Shown here: positions 13,640 to 26,370 of the stretch, one piece after another
Layout: each line of letters begins with the position of its first letter
Numbering within the stretch: position 1 is the first letter of the stretch
DNA from: the human T2T-CHM13v2.0 reference genome, Homo sapiens
DNA length: 64,000 nt
Strand: one strand, 5' to 3'
Assembly (NCBI RefSeq): GCF_009914755.1
Contig: NC_060938.1
Program-made: the position numbers and the translations under genes
Notes under the pieces: model-generated
What the model was told of the DNA's origin: nothing
The model's input: only the letters and a program-made list of their open reading frames with translations
The model's database searches: none

Positions 13640-14630
13640 AATATTTGTGTTGAATATCTTTCTTCATCCTTTTACTGAATTTCAGCCTATGTGTGTTCTT
13701 AAATCTACAGTGAATCTCTTGTGGACAGCCTATGGTTTGATTTTGCTTTCGTATCTATTCAGCCACTCTGTCTTTTGACTGGGAGTTTATTTCAATTACA
13801 TGAAAAGTAATTATTAATAAGAATGAACTTAATCTTTCCATTTTGTTAGTTGTTTGTTGTCTGTTTTATAGTTACTTTGTCCTTTTCCACTTCTGCTGTC
13901 TGTCTGTGGTTTGATAATTTTTTTATGGTGGTGTGCTTTAATTCTTTTGTCTTTTGTGTCTCTACTGTACAAATTTTCATTTTGGTTACCCTGGGTTCAC
14001 ATACTTTATAGTTATAAGCAGTCTGCTTTAATGCTGATAACAACTTAAATTCAATTGCATATACTCTATACTTTACTTCCCTCTCCCTCATACTTTATGT
14101 AGTTGCTGTCAGGTTTTATGTCTTTTAAATTGTTTTTCTATTAACAAATTTCTGGGGTTACAGTTACTTTTACTACTTTTATCTCAGACTTTATGTATCA
14201 GTGTTAAAAGTAGTTTACATGCCACTATTGCAGGATTATAATATTCTGTGTTTGTGTTTACCTTTAACAGTGAAACTTACACATTCATATGTTTTATGTT
14301 GTTGTTTAGCATGTTTCCATTTCAACTCGAAGAACTCCTTTTATCATATACTGTATGGCAGGTCCTCGTGGTAACAATTTTCCTCAGTTTTTGTTTGTCT
14401 GAAAAAGTCTTTATCTCTCCTTCATTCTTAAAGGACAATTTTGCTGGGTATTTTAGGTTGGTAGTTTTTTGTTTTGTTTTCAGTACTTTGGATATATTAT
14501 CCACTCTCTACTGGCCTGTAACATTTCTGCTTAGAAATCTGCTCATAGTGTTTATTGCGGTGCTTCCTTGTATGTGACAAGTTGCTTTTCTCTTGCTGAT
14601 TTCAAAATTTTCTCTTTGTCTTTGACTTTT

Positions 14631-14989
14631 TAATTTTATTTTATTTTATTTATTTATTTATTTTTAGATGGAGTCTCCCTCTGTAGCCCAGGCTTGAGTG
14701 CAGTGGTGTGATCTTGATCTTGGCTCACTGTAACCTCTGCCTCCCTGGTTCAAGCGATTCTTCTGCCTCAGCCTCCTAAATAGCTGGGACTACAGGTGCA
14801 TGCCATCCTGCACAGCTATTTTTTGTATTTTTAGTAGAGACATATATTTAGTATATATTTTGTATATTTAGTAGAGATGGGGTTTTGTCATATTGGCCAG
14901 GCTGGTCTTGAATTCCTGACCTCAGGTGATCCACCTGCCTCAGCCTCCCAAAGTACTGGAATTACAGGCATGAGCCACTGTGCCCAGCC
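14631..14989 (-). mobile_element. AluS (Sx-like) with duplicated central linker
   Basis: Full dimer in antisense. Perfect 14-bp TSD tgtctttgactttt at 14617-14630 and 14990-15003. Confidence 0.95.
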
Positions 14990-15551
14990 TGTCTTTGACT
15001 TTTGACTATAATCTATTTCAGTGTACCTCTTTAGGTTTAATATATTTGGGGACTTTGGGGCTGCATGAATAAAGACGTATATTTGCCTGTATAGATTTGG
15101 GACATTTTCAGTCATTGTTTTTAAACATAAGATCTCTATCACTTTCTGTTTCTCTCACCTTCTGGTATCCCTAGAATTCATATATTGGTTCACTTGATAG
15201 TTATCTCATAAGTCCTGTGTGGTTTCTTCAATCTTTGTTATTCTTTTTTTCCCTCTAACTGGCTAATTTTATTCCTCTATCTTCATGTTCACTGATTATT
15301 TCTTCTGCACAATTGAGTCTGCTGTTGAAGTTCTCTATTGATTTTTTCAGTTCCATTACTTTATTCTTCAGCTGGAAAGTTTGTTTGCTTACTTTTTATG
15401 GTGGCCATATTTATTAATCTTCTAGTTTTGTTCATGTATTTTTTTCCCTAGTTTTATTTAGTTTTCTATCTGTGTTTTCCTTTAGGTTATTGAGCTTCTT
15501 TAAGATGATTATTTTGAATTATTTGCCAAGTAGTTTTGAATTTCTGTTTCT

Positions 15552-15855
15552 CTTTCTTTCTTTCTTTCTTTTTTGAGACAGAGTCTCAATCTGTTGCCTA
15601 GGCTGGGGTGCAGTGGCATGATCTTGGCTCACTGCAACCTCTGCTGCCAGGTTCAAGTGATTCTCCTGCCTCAGCCCCCTGAGTAGCTAGGATTACAGGT
15701 GCCTGCCACCGCACCCGGCTAATTTTGTTGTATTTTTAGTAGAGATGGGGTTTCACCATCTTGGACAGGCTGGTCTTGAACTCCTGACCTCATGATCCAC
15801 CCGCCTCCAGCTCCCAAAGTGCTGGGATTACAGGCATGAGCCACCACGCCTGGCC
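15552..15855 (-). mobile_element. AluS (Sg-like) with (CTTT)n tail
   Basis: Full dimer. TSD tgaatttct(g/a)tttct at 15537-15551 and 15857-15871. Confidence 0.95.
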
Positions 15856-16236
15856 CTGAATTTCTATTTCTTTAGGATTGGTTACTGGAGCTTTATTAGT
15901 TTCATTTGGTGGGGTCATATTTGACTAATTCCTCATGATCCATGTAGCTTTGCATTGGTGTCTGTGCATTTGAAGAAGCAGATATCTATTCCAGTTTTTA
16001 CAGATTGATTTGGCAAATAAAAACCTTTTTTCTACTGGGCCCCTGGAAAGATAAAACTACCTTTGGGATAGCAGTTGAGTGCGCTGGAGCTGGGTCATGG
16101 GGTTATTTCTGAGTCTCTAGTCAAGTTTGCACATGGATGGAGGGCTTATTACCAAAGACATGAATGGGTATGATGGCTCCTAATCAGTGAGCAAATTTCT
16201 GAACTGCCTCTGGACTGCAGAGGAAGACAGGAGCTA

Positions 16237-16762
16237 TGTTGGGAGCAAGCCCCCCAAAATCTGGCCATAAACTGGCCCCAAAACTGGCCATAAACAAAAT
16301 TTCTGCAGCACTGTGACATATTCATAATGGCCCTAACACCCAAGCTGGAAGGCTGTGGGTTTAGGGGAATGAGGACAAGGAATACCTGGCCCGCCCAGGG
16401 CGGAAAACCGGTTAAAGGCCGGTTAAAGGCGTTCTTAAGCCACAAACAATAGCATGAGCCATTTATGCCTTAAGGGCATGTTCCTGCTGCAGTTAACTAG
16501 CCCAACCTATTCCTTTAATTCGGCCCATCCTTTCCTTTCCCATAAGGGATACTTTTAGTTAATTTAATATCTATAGAAACAATGCTAATGACTGGTTTGC
16601 TGTTAATAAATATGTGGGTAAATCTTTGTTTGGGGCTTTCAGCTCTGAAGGCTGTGAGACCCTTGATTTCCCACTTCACACCTCTATATTTCTGTGTGTG
16701 TGTGTCTTTAATTCCTCTAGTGCTGCTGGGTTAGGGTCTCCCTGACCGAGCTGGTCTCGGCA
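16237..16762 (+). mobile_element. MER9 solo LTR (HERV-K9/HML-3)
   Basis: tgttgggagcaagccccccaaaatctggccataaactggcc...ccgagctggtctcggca. Perfect 6-bp TSD GAGCTA at 16231-16236 and 16763-16768. AATAAA near 16605. 11-bp internal tandem duplication at 16408-16429. Confidence 0.92.
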
Positions 16763-17789
16763 GAGCTATGTCATCGGGCTGCTTTAGGGGCTGCAGTTCA
16801 GCCTGAGGTTAGTGGTCTGGTTACTGAGTGGTATGTCCTGTTAGCAACCTGGGCAGATCAGACTGCCCCCAGACCACGGCAGAGGGAGCTAGAACTGAGT
16901 CACAGGCCTATTTCAGTCTCCAAAGCCAAGACCAAATTTGGTCATCTTTTAACTGGGAGCATGAATGGCTGTATTTCCCACTGGGTCTCGAGGTGGGGAG
17001 GACTTCCCCCTACCTGTGGTAGCATGGAGCTGGAGCTGGAACATAGGGCTGCTTCAGCAACCGCAGTTGGAACTGTTTTTGGTGGGTCTGCCACACAGTC
17101 CCAAATGGGCATATCTCTTTTTGAGTCTCTGGGTGGGGACTAATGCCCCTGGACTACGGTAGAAAAAGGTTGACACTGAGTCATAGAGCTATTTCAGGAT
17201 CCCGGTTGAGCCCAAGTTTACTAGCTCATTTACTGTGGGCATGGATGGGTTTAAATCCTTCTGGGTCACTTGGCAGATGGGGCTGGTAGCGGGACCATGG
17301 CCAGGCAGGGTTGCTGCTAAGTCCGCAGGGGCATAAGGCTGCTTCCAGTCCACAGTGCAGACCATAGTTGGCTAAGTTATTCAGAACACTGGGGCATGTA
17401 CATGCCTTCTGAAAGCAGCCCTCGTCAATCTTAGGCTCTACCAGGGTTTTGCAACCTCCTATGGGTCCCCAAACTCCCACAAAGTTGTTGTCTGTAGATT
17501 TTTGTCTGTAGATGGATGTCACATTGTTTCTATGAGCTAGGAACCTCTTATTCGGTCCCTTTGCTGACATCATTTCTATTTGCTGTTTAATGGCCAAATC
17601 TGTTTTTTTGTTCAAAATGATTAGGTATGGTTGGACAATGTTCCTGTAACTAACAAAGCTACCTTTTTTTTGTATAAATAATGACAACAGTAGTTTTACT
17701 TGGCTAAGCACCCATAATGATGACTTGAAAGAGTATAGCACTTAGAACAGAAAATGTCCTTTGAAAATGTAGTTCAATCCCTCATTTAA

Positions 17790-17900
17790 ATAGATTCTGG
17801 AAGCTCAGGCCCAGAACAGTTAATTCTCTGAGCTCATACAACTGGTAAACAGCAGAGCAGGAACTTGAGTCCTTTGACTTTCCAAACCTACACTCTGCCC
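17790..17900 (-). mobile_element. MIR fragment
   Basis: Antisense MIR core (gagctcatacaactggtaaacagcagagcaggaacttga). Confidence 0.6.
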
Positions 17901-19152
17901 CTCCATAGGAAAACTGCCTTTCCAACTGAGATGAAATATAAAATAAAATGAGAGTGTTCAGCATTTTGAAACACATAATGCTCTAAACACAATACAACAA
18001 CGCTGCTGTCCTCAGGAAATTAGAAAGCAATTTAGAGAAATGAAATGGGTCAAACGAGCTGTCACTGAAACAAAGGCTGTGGATCAACCAGTAAATCAGT
18101 AACTGCTTCTTGTGCTTGAGATTTTCAACCCCTCAGGGTGGGAGGTAAACCACCAAATAAATTTAAAAGGATTTCCGCTGAGTGTTTCTTGTGAAATTCT
18201 GAAGACATTTATATTGCACTCTCTACACCCCTAATTTCCTGTGCAAAAATAGAATGGCATTCAGTGGTCTTATGTTTTTAAGAGGGTTATTTTCTATAAT
18301 ATTTTAGAAAATACCATACAGTACTTCAGTAGGGGGTGGGGTGGTGGAGGCTAATTCTCAGTAGAATTCAGAGACTTGCTTATTTCTCTAATCAACGTTA
18401 AAATTTTCTTGTTCTGCCTCATCTTATTAATAACTGACTGCTGTCTCTTTCCTTTCTCTCAGAACTCCAGGGGAAAAATTAGCCAGCAAGATATGGTTAG
18501 CTTCGTTGTAACTTGTGCATGATATGCAATTTTAATGACAGTTTTACATACATTACTCAACCCCCAGTACAGTCGGAGGTCAAATCAATATTTTAACAGA
18601 CATTCTAAAGGGAATTGAGTGTCCAGTCATTTATTCACGATCAGTTTGAGAGAACAGCAACTCTCCAAATCATCTCAGGTTAGCAGGAGCCTGGGAAATC
18701 AACAGCAACCACTGATTTCTTCACCCACTTGATTTTGGCAATTGGACATCAACTGCATGAAAACTCAGAAAAAAAAGGGCTTGCATGGTATTTTAGTAAG
18801 TCTCGTCTACACTGATCAATGTGAATTACATATTGCTCTATGAATATTATTTTGATTTTGGTTGGCTACATCTCCAAATAGATTGTGGGTTCAAAAAAAA
18901 AAGGTTGTTTCAAATCTTCACTGAACCTAGTTAAGTGCTATGAACCTCAAATTCAGTAAACCTTGAATTCCAAATAGTTAATAGATGGTGCTGGTTGAGA
19001 TTGCTTTTGATTCTGTGCTTTCTGATTTCCAGAGTTATTTTGTGTAATAACTACATAAATGAGCATTTTACTATTACCTACCATTATTCTGAGCTGATGT
19101 TATTTCATGATGGTGAAACAGAGTGTAACAGAGCATCACTTACCTGAGGTTA

Positions 19153-19602
19153 TGTGGCAGGCAGAATTACGGCCCCCCAAAAGATGTCAACATCCTATTC
19201 TCCAGAACCTGCAAATACACTATATTACATGGCAAAAGAAAATTAAGGTTGCAGGTGAAACTAAGGTTGTTAATCAGCTGACCTTAAACGAGATATCATC
19301 TGGATTATCTAAATGAGAGCCATGTAACCACATAGGTCATTAAAAAAGGAGGAGGAAGAGTTAGTGTGAGAGCAATGTGATGTGAGAAAGATTTGACCAG
19401 CCAGTGCTGGTTTCAAAGAAGGAAGATGGAGCTCTGAGCCGAGGAATGTGTGCAGCCTAGGAGCTGGAAAAGGCAGGGTAAACAAATTATCTCCTAGGGC
19501 CTCCAGAAGGAATGCAGTTCTGCCAACACCTTTATTTTAGCGCAGTGAGACCCTTTTCAGATTTCTGACTTTCAGAACTATAAGATAACACATTTCTGAT
19601 TA
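19153..19602 (+). mobile_element. MLT1D-like MaLR LTR lacking its last ~50 bp
   Basis: tgtggcaggcagaattacggcccccaaaagatgtc...gcctccagaaggaatgcagttctgccaacacc...cagaactataagataa. Confidence 0.85.
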
Positions 19603-19691
19603 TTTTGTTTGTTTGTTTGTTTTTTGAGATGGAGTCTCACTCTATTGCCCAGGCTGGAGTGCAGTGGCACAATCTTGGCTCACTGCAAGCT

Positions 19692-19692
<1 letters not shown>
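19603..19692 (-). mobile_element. Heavily 5'-truncated Alu (3' ~67 bp plus (GTTT)n tail); gcaagctc diagnostic suggests AluY/Sc
   Basis: gagatggagtctcactctattgcccaggctggagtgcagtggcacaatcttggctcactgcaagctc, followed by T30 at 19696-19725. Confidence 0.9.
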
Positions 19693-19728
<36 letters not shown>

Positions 19729-19759
19729 ATGTGCTATGCTGTGACTTTTCACTTCCTCA

Positions 19760-20070
19760 TTTTTACTATGAATAATAGTTTTGAATATACCCTGATGTAT
19801 TTATCTCCCTTTTTGTCTTCCAAGGTCTGATATTACAAACATGTTGCAATAACCTTCTGTATGTTCTTCTTTGTGTTTTTACATGAGTATTTCTTGGATA
19901 TAGAATTACTGAGATGTATAAAATGCCGTTTTCAACTGACATAGATATTGCAAATTGCTATCCAAAGTGGCTGGACCAATTATAGTCTCACGAACACTGT
20001 AAAAGTTAGAATGTCTTCACATTCATACCAAAACTAGTTATTATAGACTTCTTAATTGAGCTGATTGTAT
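19760..20070 (-). mobile_element. L1ME-type 3' fragment
   Basis: gatattgcaaattgctatccaaagtggctggaccaattatagtctcac and neighbouring motifs. Confidence 0.6.
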
Positions 20071-20157
20071 GGATTTTATATTGTAAGTTATTATATGTGG
20101 CATTATATAAAAAATTCAGCTAACTTCTGATATATAGCAGTGTTTTTGAAGGTTTCA

Positions 20158-20470
20158 CTTGGAACTCTGCAGTGGCTTGTTATTGCTTCCAGAATGAGAT
20201 GTAAGAGACTCAACGTAGTATATATACCTGGACTGTTTTACCAGCCTCAACTCTCCCACACTCTGCTTTCTCCTTTGTAGTTCAGTTATACTAAGTGGCT
20301 TGTACTTCTGTGCATATGCAATGCTGATGCTTGATTTTAAGATTGTCTTTATCCCTCTCTTCTATCTGGAGATCCGTCATTTCCACCACTCCTGGCTAAT
20401 CTCTTCTCCTAGTCTAAAAAGTCACCTTACAACTTTCTTTTGACATTCTTTTGGTTCTCATCACAATGTA
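20158..20470 (+). mobile_element. L2 fragment
   Basis: ggaactctgcagtggcttgttattgcttccagaatgag resembles the L2 3' region; highly diverged. Confidence 0.5.
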
Positions 20471-20479
20471 TCATCATGT

Positions 20480-20687
20480 TAAAACAGTTTTAAACATATA
20501 TCATATATGCACATGAATTGAAATATCCAATTTATTACAAGGTATAAAATGAAAAGTCCCCCTGTCATCATTGCTTCTCCACTGCTCAGTGTCCTTCCTG
20601 CTGAAGGTAAGAATTTTTAAGTTCTTGTTTAACCTTCTAAAAATATTTTATGTCCATTTACAAACCAATATATACATACATGTGTTT

Positions 20688-20689
<2 letters not shown>
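20480..20689 (-). mobile_element. L1ME4-type 3'-end fragment
   Basis: aaggtataaaatgaaaagtccccc...gaaggtaagaatttttaagttcttgtttaaccttctaaaaatattttatg. Confidence 0.55.

Positions 20690-20726
<37 letters not shown>
20690..20726. repeat. (CA)n microsatellite, about 18 units
   Basis: Read directly from the sequence. Confidence 0.98.
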
Positions 20727-20729
<3 letters not shown>

Positions 20730-20769
20730 TGTTTTCATCTCTCTTGCCTATTTCTTTCTAAACATTGGC

Positions 20770-20940
20770 TAAGTCTCTCTCAGTGAACAAGATCTTTGAG
20801 AAAAGTCCTAGAGAATATGAGGTGGCTGGTTATGGAAATGTGGGAAAGTACTGGAGAAAGCAAAAAGAAACATTAAGTGCAGAGGCTTCCAGGCAAGAGC
20901 ATTTCCGACATGTTCCAGAACAGCAAGGAAGTCAGTAGTA
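20770..20940 (-). mobile_element. L2 fragment
   Basis: aagtgcagaggcttccaggcaagagcatttccgacatgttccagaacagcaaggaagtcagt. Confidence 0.55.
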
Positions 20941-21149
20941 AATGAAAACAATAAAAGATAAGGGCCAAGCATTGATAGATTTCACTTTTATTAATAGAAA
21001 TATTAAATGTGGGTATATTGCAAAGCATTGAACTTTTTCTATAATCTAGTCTTTTCTATTTTAATAAAATCATGTTATATATTTTCTTATTAGTTATGCC
21101 TATATGTATATATTTTATATTCCTACCTTTGTGTATGTGTGTGTTTAAA

Positions 21150-21425
21150 ATTTTTATTTTTTTTTTTGAGACAGGGTCTCACTCCATCATGCAGGCTGGA
21201 ATGCACTGGCATGATCATGGCTTACTGTAACCTTGACCTCCAGGGCTCAAGCAATCCTCTCACTTCCATCTCCCAAGTTGCTGGGACTACAGGCATGCAC
21301 CATCATGCTCAGCTAATTTTTGTATTTTTTTTGTAGGCTGGTCTTGAACTCTTGGACTCAAGCGATCCCCTCACCTCAGCCTCCCAAAGTGCTGGTATTA
21401 CAGGCATGAGCCACTGCACACGGCT
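21150..21425 (-). mobile_element. AluJ with a ~26-bp internal deletion after the linker
   Basis: AluJ diagnostics (gagacagggtctcact, gggctcaagcaatcct, ggactcaagcgatcc). gtag joins directly to gctggtcttgaac. Confidence 0.92.
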
Positions 21426-21499
21426 TTATGTGTGTTTTGCTGTGTGTTTTATTTTTTTCATTTTCCTGTGTGTTTATGTGTAGTTCTCATATTTAGGAA

Positions 21500-23050
21500 A
21501 GGTTGCCTTCATTTTAAAAGGTTGTGCAATAAATTTATCCTTTTCTTAAAGAAGAATCACTGTTCTATAAGAGATGATATAATTAGCATATTCTCCCTTT
21601 CCCCTCTACTCTTCAATTTCAGTAAATTTAATTCTTTTTTAAAATTATTATCTTTATAGAGTTAAATGCTCTTATACTTATTGATATGGTTCAGGTGTGT
21701 CCCCACCCAAATCTCATCTTTAATTGGAGCTTCCATAATTCCCACATGTTGTGGGAGGGACCCGGTGGGAGATAATTGAATCACGGGGTGGCTTTTCCCG
21801 TACTGTTCTCATGGTAGTGAATAAGTCTCACGAGATCTGATTGCTTTATAAGGGGTTTCTCCTTTCACTTGCCTCTCATTCTTTCTTGCCTGTTGCCATG
21901 TAAGTCATGCCTTTTGCCTTCTGCTGTGATTGTGAGGCCTCCCCAGCCACCTGGAACTGTGAGCTCATTAAGCCTCTTTTTCTTTATAAATTACGTAGTC
22001 TCAGGTATGTCTTTATCAGCAGCATAAAAATGAAATAATAAGCTTGTATTATTTGATATATCAGCTTTAAATGATATCTTTTGACTCCCAGTTATTTACC
22101 ATTCAATGTTCTCTCCCTGTACTGTTGCTATGGTTTCTTCATACTCATCGTTGGAGGCTGAACTTGTCCTCTATTAATTTCCAAGAAAAATCCACAGGAA
22201 TAATTCCACTTAATGTTCATATATTTAATACCATTTGTGTATCATCTTTATAGCTGAAGGATCATTTCATTTGATATAATTTCCTTGGCTTTTATTTTCT
22301 TCAAGTTAATTTTAAATGTTTGTCAACAATCATAGATTTGAATGTTCTTGTGGATTTTCTCACCATTCATATTTTATTTTTCTGGCTGTTAAAGAAATTC
22401 TGTACTTTTAAATCCATACATCCTGGTATCCAGTCTAGATATCTAGCACAGCCTTTTCCATATGTAGATTCAAGTGTACTTTTATTTCAGAAAAAAATGT
22501 GACTATTTTTACCCAATAAGGTTTCTTCCTTCTTTGAAGTCACTACTTAGGTATATGCTGGATTTCCCTTTGACTGTCTTCTCTATCATTTTTCTCTCTC
22601 ATTCATTTTTATACTTTCTTCCATTTCTTTTTAAAATTTTGCTTTTTTTCCTATTCAGTTTTGTTTTTTCACTCTTGCATGCTTTCCAGTTTCATCTTTA
22701 CTGCTGCATTGATTTTACATTTTGTCTACCTCTTTCTTGAAGTCAGCTTTTATTTCATCTTCACTTTCTTACCATTTATTTTCTTAGAACTTTGAATTCT
22801 ACCTTTTAATGTTATTGCAAAGAGGCAATAGTTTTAGCTTTTCAAATTCATGGTAAAATGTTTGCTCATAATTTTCACTGCGTGCAAGGATTTTTCATCA
22901 ATACATTTACTGCTCTTTGGATTTTGCATAATTTTAGGTTTAAACTTCTAAATGTTTTTGACAGTCTACTGCTAACACATGTCATCTTTGTATTTTGTCT
23001 GTGCAGTTGATTTTTAAACTAATATGACTAATTTTCTTTCTAGATTAATT
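21500..23050 (-). mobile_element. Old L1-class (HAL1-like) fragment split by THE1
   Basis: T-rich diverged sequence with tttccaagaaaaatccacaggaataattccacttaatgttc...ctttatagctgaaggatcattt. Boundaries are rough. Confidence 0.45.
21682..22042 (+). mobile_element. THE1B/THE1C MaLR solo LTR
   Basis: tgatatggttcaggtgtgtccccacccaaatctcatc...gtatgtctttatcagcagc. 5-bp TSD ctt(a/g)t. Confidence 0.92.
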
Positions 23051-23519
23051 TTTTGGCTATAGTCTGCTAATATCTTGCCTTATCAATATAATTCCAGTCT
23101 CCTATTTGATAAGCATATCTTCTATATCTATGTTGAGGGTGTTTATGAATATGTTGTCTAGAATAAGACTGAAGGCAGAGTTTTGTGACCCTTCGCTGGA
23201 TCTCTCTGTCTTAAGCTGGTGTTGACAACTCCATGCCCACTAAGGTTTAATTGTCCTTTTATCCACCTCGGTCTCTTCAACTCTTCCAGTAGTACTCCAT
23301 CCTGTTGATAGTTCAGTTAGCTCTTTCATTAGAAAAGTCTCTCTTTTAACTACAGTTGACTGCGGTTAACTTTGACTCTGAAATCATTGGTGAATATTAG
23401 AGGGCAAAAATGTAAATCCTGGACTGATTCTTGCCAAATATTGAAGTCATCATCATTATCATCTTATTATTATTCTTTTTAATAAATTTCATTTTCTGAT
23501 TATTTATCATTTGTCTTGC

Positions 23520-23709
23520 AACAGTGCAAACCATTTTGTATGACACACTTTATTTATAGAGACTATGACCCTCCACTCATACGTAGGAAAACTGGCGTGC
23601 ATAAAGTTTTTTACTCAAAGTTACATAGCCAGTAATTAGTGGGGCCAGAGTTCACACTAAGGCAGTTTGACACTAGCATAGTCCTTTTAAACCACTGTCT
23701 GTACTGTCT
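23520..23709 (-). mobile_element. MIR
   Basis: caaagttacatagccagtaattagtggggccagagttcacactaaggcagtttgac...aaccactgtctgtactgt. Confidence 0.7.
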
Positions 23710-24934
23710 TTGTTTATTAATTCTCTAATATTGGTTCTGCCCCCTAATTTTTCTGGAACTTCATTCCTATTCTCCAAAATTATGAAGCTGAAACAGATGA
23801 TCTCAAGGATTTTTATCATCTATAGTGTTTTATGATTCTGGGAAAGAGATTTATTTGTTTTTTAGTGTATTTTTATATAAAACATGTTTAATTTTTTTTC
23901 CTGTGGGGCAGCCATGAATTCACTTCCAACATTGCTCCTGGAATGATGTAGCCTTTCCCACTTCTCAAGGTGCTATATATGAGTTGCTGTTGACAGGATG
24001 CCAGGTCAGTATCCAATTTGTGACAATTAGGCTTTCCTTTAAAACAGAAGCTCACATCTCAAGTGCCTTAATATTGCAAGCATATTCCTTGGAACATGTG
24101 CCCTTGAGACCTCCTTGTTTAAGAGGAAATCTATCTCAGTGGAGAATATGCTAACCTCTCAGTTTTCCTTAAATCCTTTATCCTCCTGTGTGCTAAATTT
24201 AGGAGGCAAGTCCAGACAGCTAATTATACCTAAAAACAAGTTCAAGGCCATTTTATAATCCCAGCCAGTCCTCCTTGTACAACTGGTCCAAGAGTCACAA
24301 GTGACAGGCAGTCCTAAATTAATCCTATTTGGGCTGATTCTCTGTTGTTATAGATTTCTAAGCCTCTAGCTTGCTGCTTAGCCACTCCAGCTCTTGCTAC
24401 TGTTGCAGATGCCTCCTTGGTGTGTCATTGTCAGATCCACTTCAAATCAAACATGCAAAGTATTTGGTCTCATTTAACCCTGCTCTTTTCCCCAAAGAGC
24501 TATGCAGAAAGTGATTTCTGTGGAGGAAAAGACTTTGACTCATCTTCTGTGCCTTATAGTTCTGTACTTCTTGGAAATTTACAAGTGGGTGAGATGATGA
24601 TTAAAATCAAATTCAGACTGGGTTTTTAAAAATATTTTAAATTCTGGATGGTGTTCTCTTCACTATGCTTTCGCCTCTTTTTTTTTCGGTCTTTAAATTA
24701 GCCAATTTCTTTAGAAAAATGGTACACTAACAGTTCTAGATTAGGCACTGGGTTCTGGAAGACGTGGCAGCTTCTCTGTGTGTGTCTGACCCAGAAGAAT
24801 CTCCTTTATAGTTATTCTAATGCTGTATTACCTTCTCCTTCTTTTATTACCACCATTTCTTACCCTTAAATCTTCCAAGAAAATCTAGGCACATATTTTT
24901 TATTCACAGTCCTATAGTTGATACCTCATTACAC

Positions 24935-25100
24935 AGAAAAGCCCACTTCGCTGAAATGAGTTCTGAGTTCCAGCCCAATTTTTACCTTTATGGTCTTGAA
25001 CAACTCACTCAACCGTTTGAATTTTTTTTTTAGTATACCTCTCACATCAATGATTTGGGATTTTAAAAATCTCTACCAACTTTAAATTGCTGTGATTTTA
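24935..25100 (+). mobile_element. MIR/MIR3 fragment
   Basis: ctgagttccagcccaatt...atggtcttgaacaactcactcaacc...ccaactttaaattgctgtgatt. Confidence 0.45.
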
Positions 25101-26169
25101 CTCATTATAGAGAAATGACATCTTAATCTTAGTGGTACAATAACTTGAATAATGAAAACCTTAGTTTCTAAGTAACTGCCTAACATTCAGAATTCTTTCC
25201 CAAATGTAGTAATTCTGGATAGACAGCTAATTTCCCAGTATTGATTTGAAGAGCTCCTTTATGTGGGAAATAGAAAGAATAGAATAAAATTTTATGTTTT
25301 AAATCTTTAGTTTAAAACTATAAATGATTTTATTATCTTTTGTCGATAGATTTTTGGGCAGAGAGCCTTAGGTGGGCTGTATTATTTGCAAGAACAGTTC
25401 AAGGCTTTTGCACATAAAGGTGTTGATTCCTTACCTAAATAAAAGCTGTCTAAATTTTTCTATTAAAAAGACTCAAGGACTACATACCTTTTCTGCAAAT
25501 TGACCAGAAACGCACAAAAAAGCTAATTTTGTATAATAAAACAGTGCACATACATAGACTCTGGGAAAAAAGAAAGAGAGGAAAATAAAAAAGAAAGAAA
25601 GAAAAAAAAAGACTAAAAAAGTTCCAAATGTGAAGTTTTCCTGTGCCACTGTTGCAACACATATGTAACTACTTGTCTGATATTTTATCTGTGGGTATAA
25701 CTCATTCTACTTTGTAACCTAGGCCTCCCGATTCTGTGCTCAGGGTGCAGTCTTCCCTTTTGTTACCAAAATCTTCACCTTAAGTATCTTGTCCTTAGAT
25801 GTGAGCAAGAAGGGCTCCTTTTCCAGGTCCTGGACTTTAGAGGGCCCTGTTCTAGTCTCCATCTAGCTGAAACCAGAAAAGCATAAGACCAAGGGAATGT
25901 CCTCATCTGGTGACAGCACCTTGCCTTCCAGACCACACTTAGTACCTGGTCCTTGTCTATGTGACCCCGAATCATTTTCCAGGGCTTATCCAAGGCTGCT
26001 TCTTGAGTCGTTCCACCTGAAGGCACTAGCCTCCACTTCGTTCACTCTCATGCCCAAGGGGCTATTAAGGGTCTTCTTTTGAAGACAGTGGAATGAAGCA
26101 GGAATCTCACCATGAAGCCCCAGCTGGGGCAGGCAAGGGCCTGGAGACGGCTCTCCTTGTACCACCGTA

Positions 26170-26370
26170 CTCTAGCAGGAAAGTCCACAGTGTGCAGTAA
26201 TAGTAAATTCAAACATAACTTGCCCAGTTACATAAATATATACTTGTATGTCAGAGGATAGAGCTTATTTTAATTAATAGTTGTATAGCTTCATTTATAA
26301 TTTTTAATATTTAGACATAAAGTGCATGGGCTTCCAGTTGTACTCTTGACTAGAGTCTTTCAAACGTTTT
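26170..26370. mobile_element. hAT-type DNA transposon fossil (MER91-like)
   Basis: tatagcttcatttataatttttaatatttagacataaagtgcatgggcttccagttgtactcttg resembles MER91. Confidence 0.4.

Larger units (their letters stand above)
10674..17575 (-). mobile_element. Old L1M element (5'UTR, ORF1, ORF2 EN to RT; 3' end missing) interrupted by an L1PA, two Alus and MER9
   Basis: Antisense RT region (gataggatcatgtcatcagcaaatggagat). Minus ORF 11994-12257 is EN-like (HPTAEEYTFF...FSRIDHVLGHK). Minus ORF 14322-14504 is ORF1-like (YPAKLSFKNEGEIKTFSDKQKLR). Many stops and frameshifts. Confidence 0.88.

Noticed and set aside
17226-17741. 171-aa minus-strand ORF
   Set aside because: It spans an L1 5' region and its flank, and has no recognisable domain or supporting gene structure.
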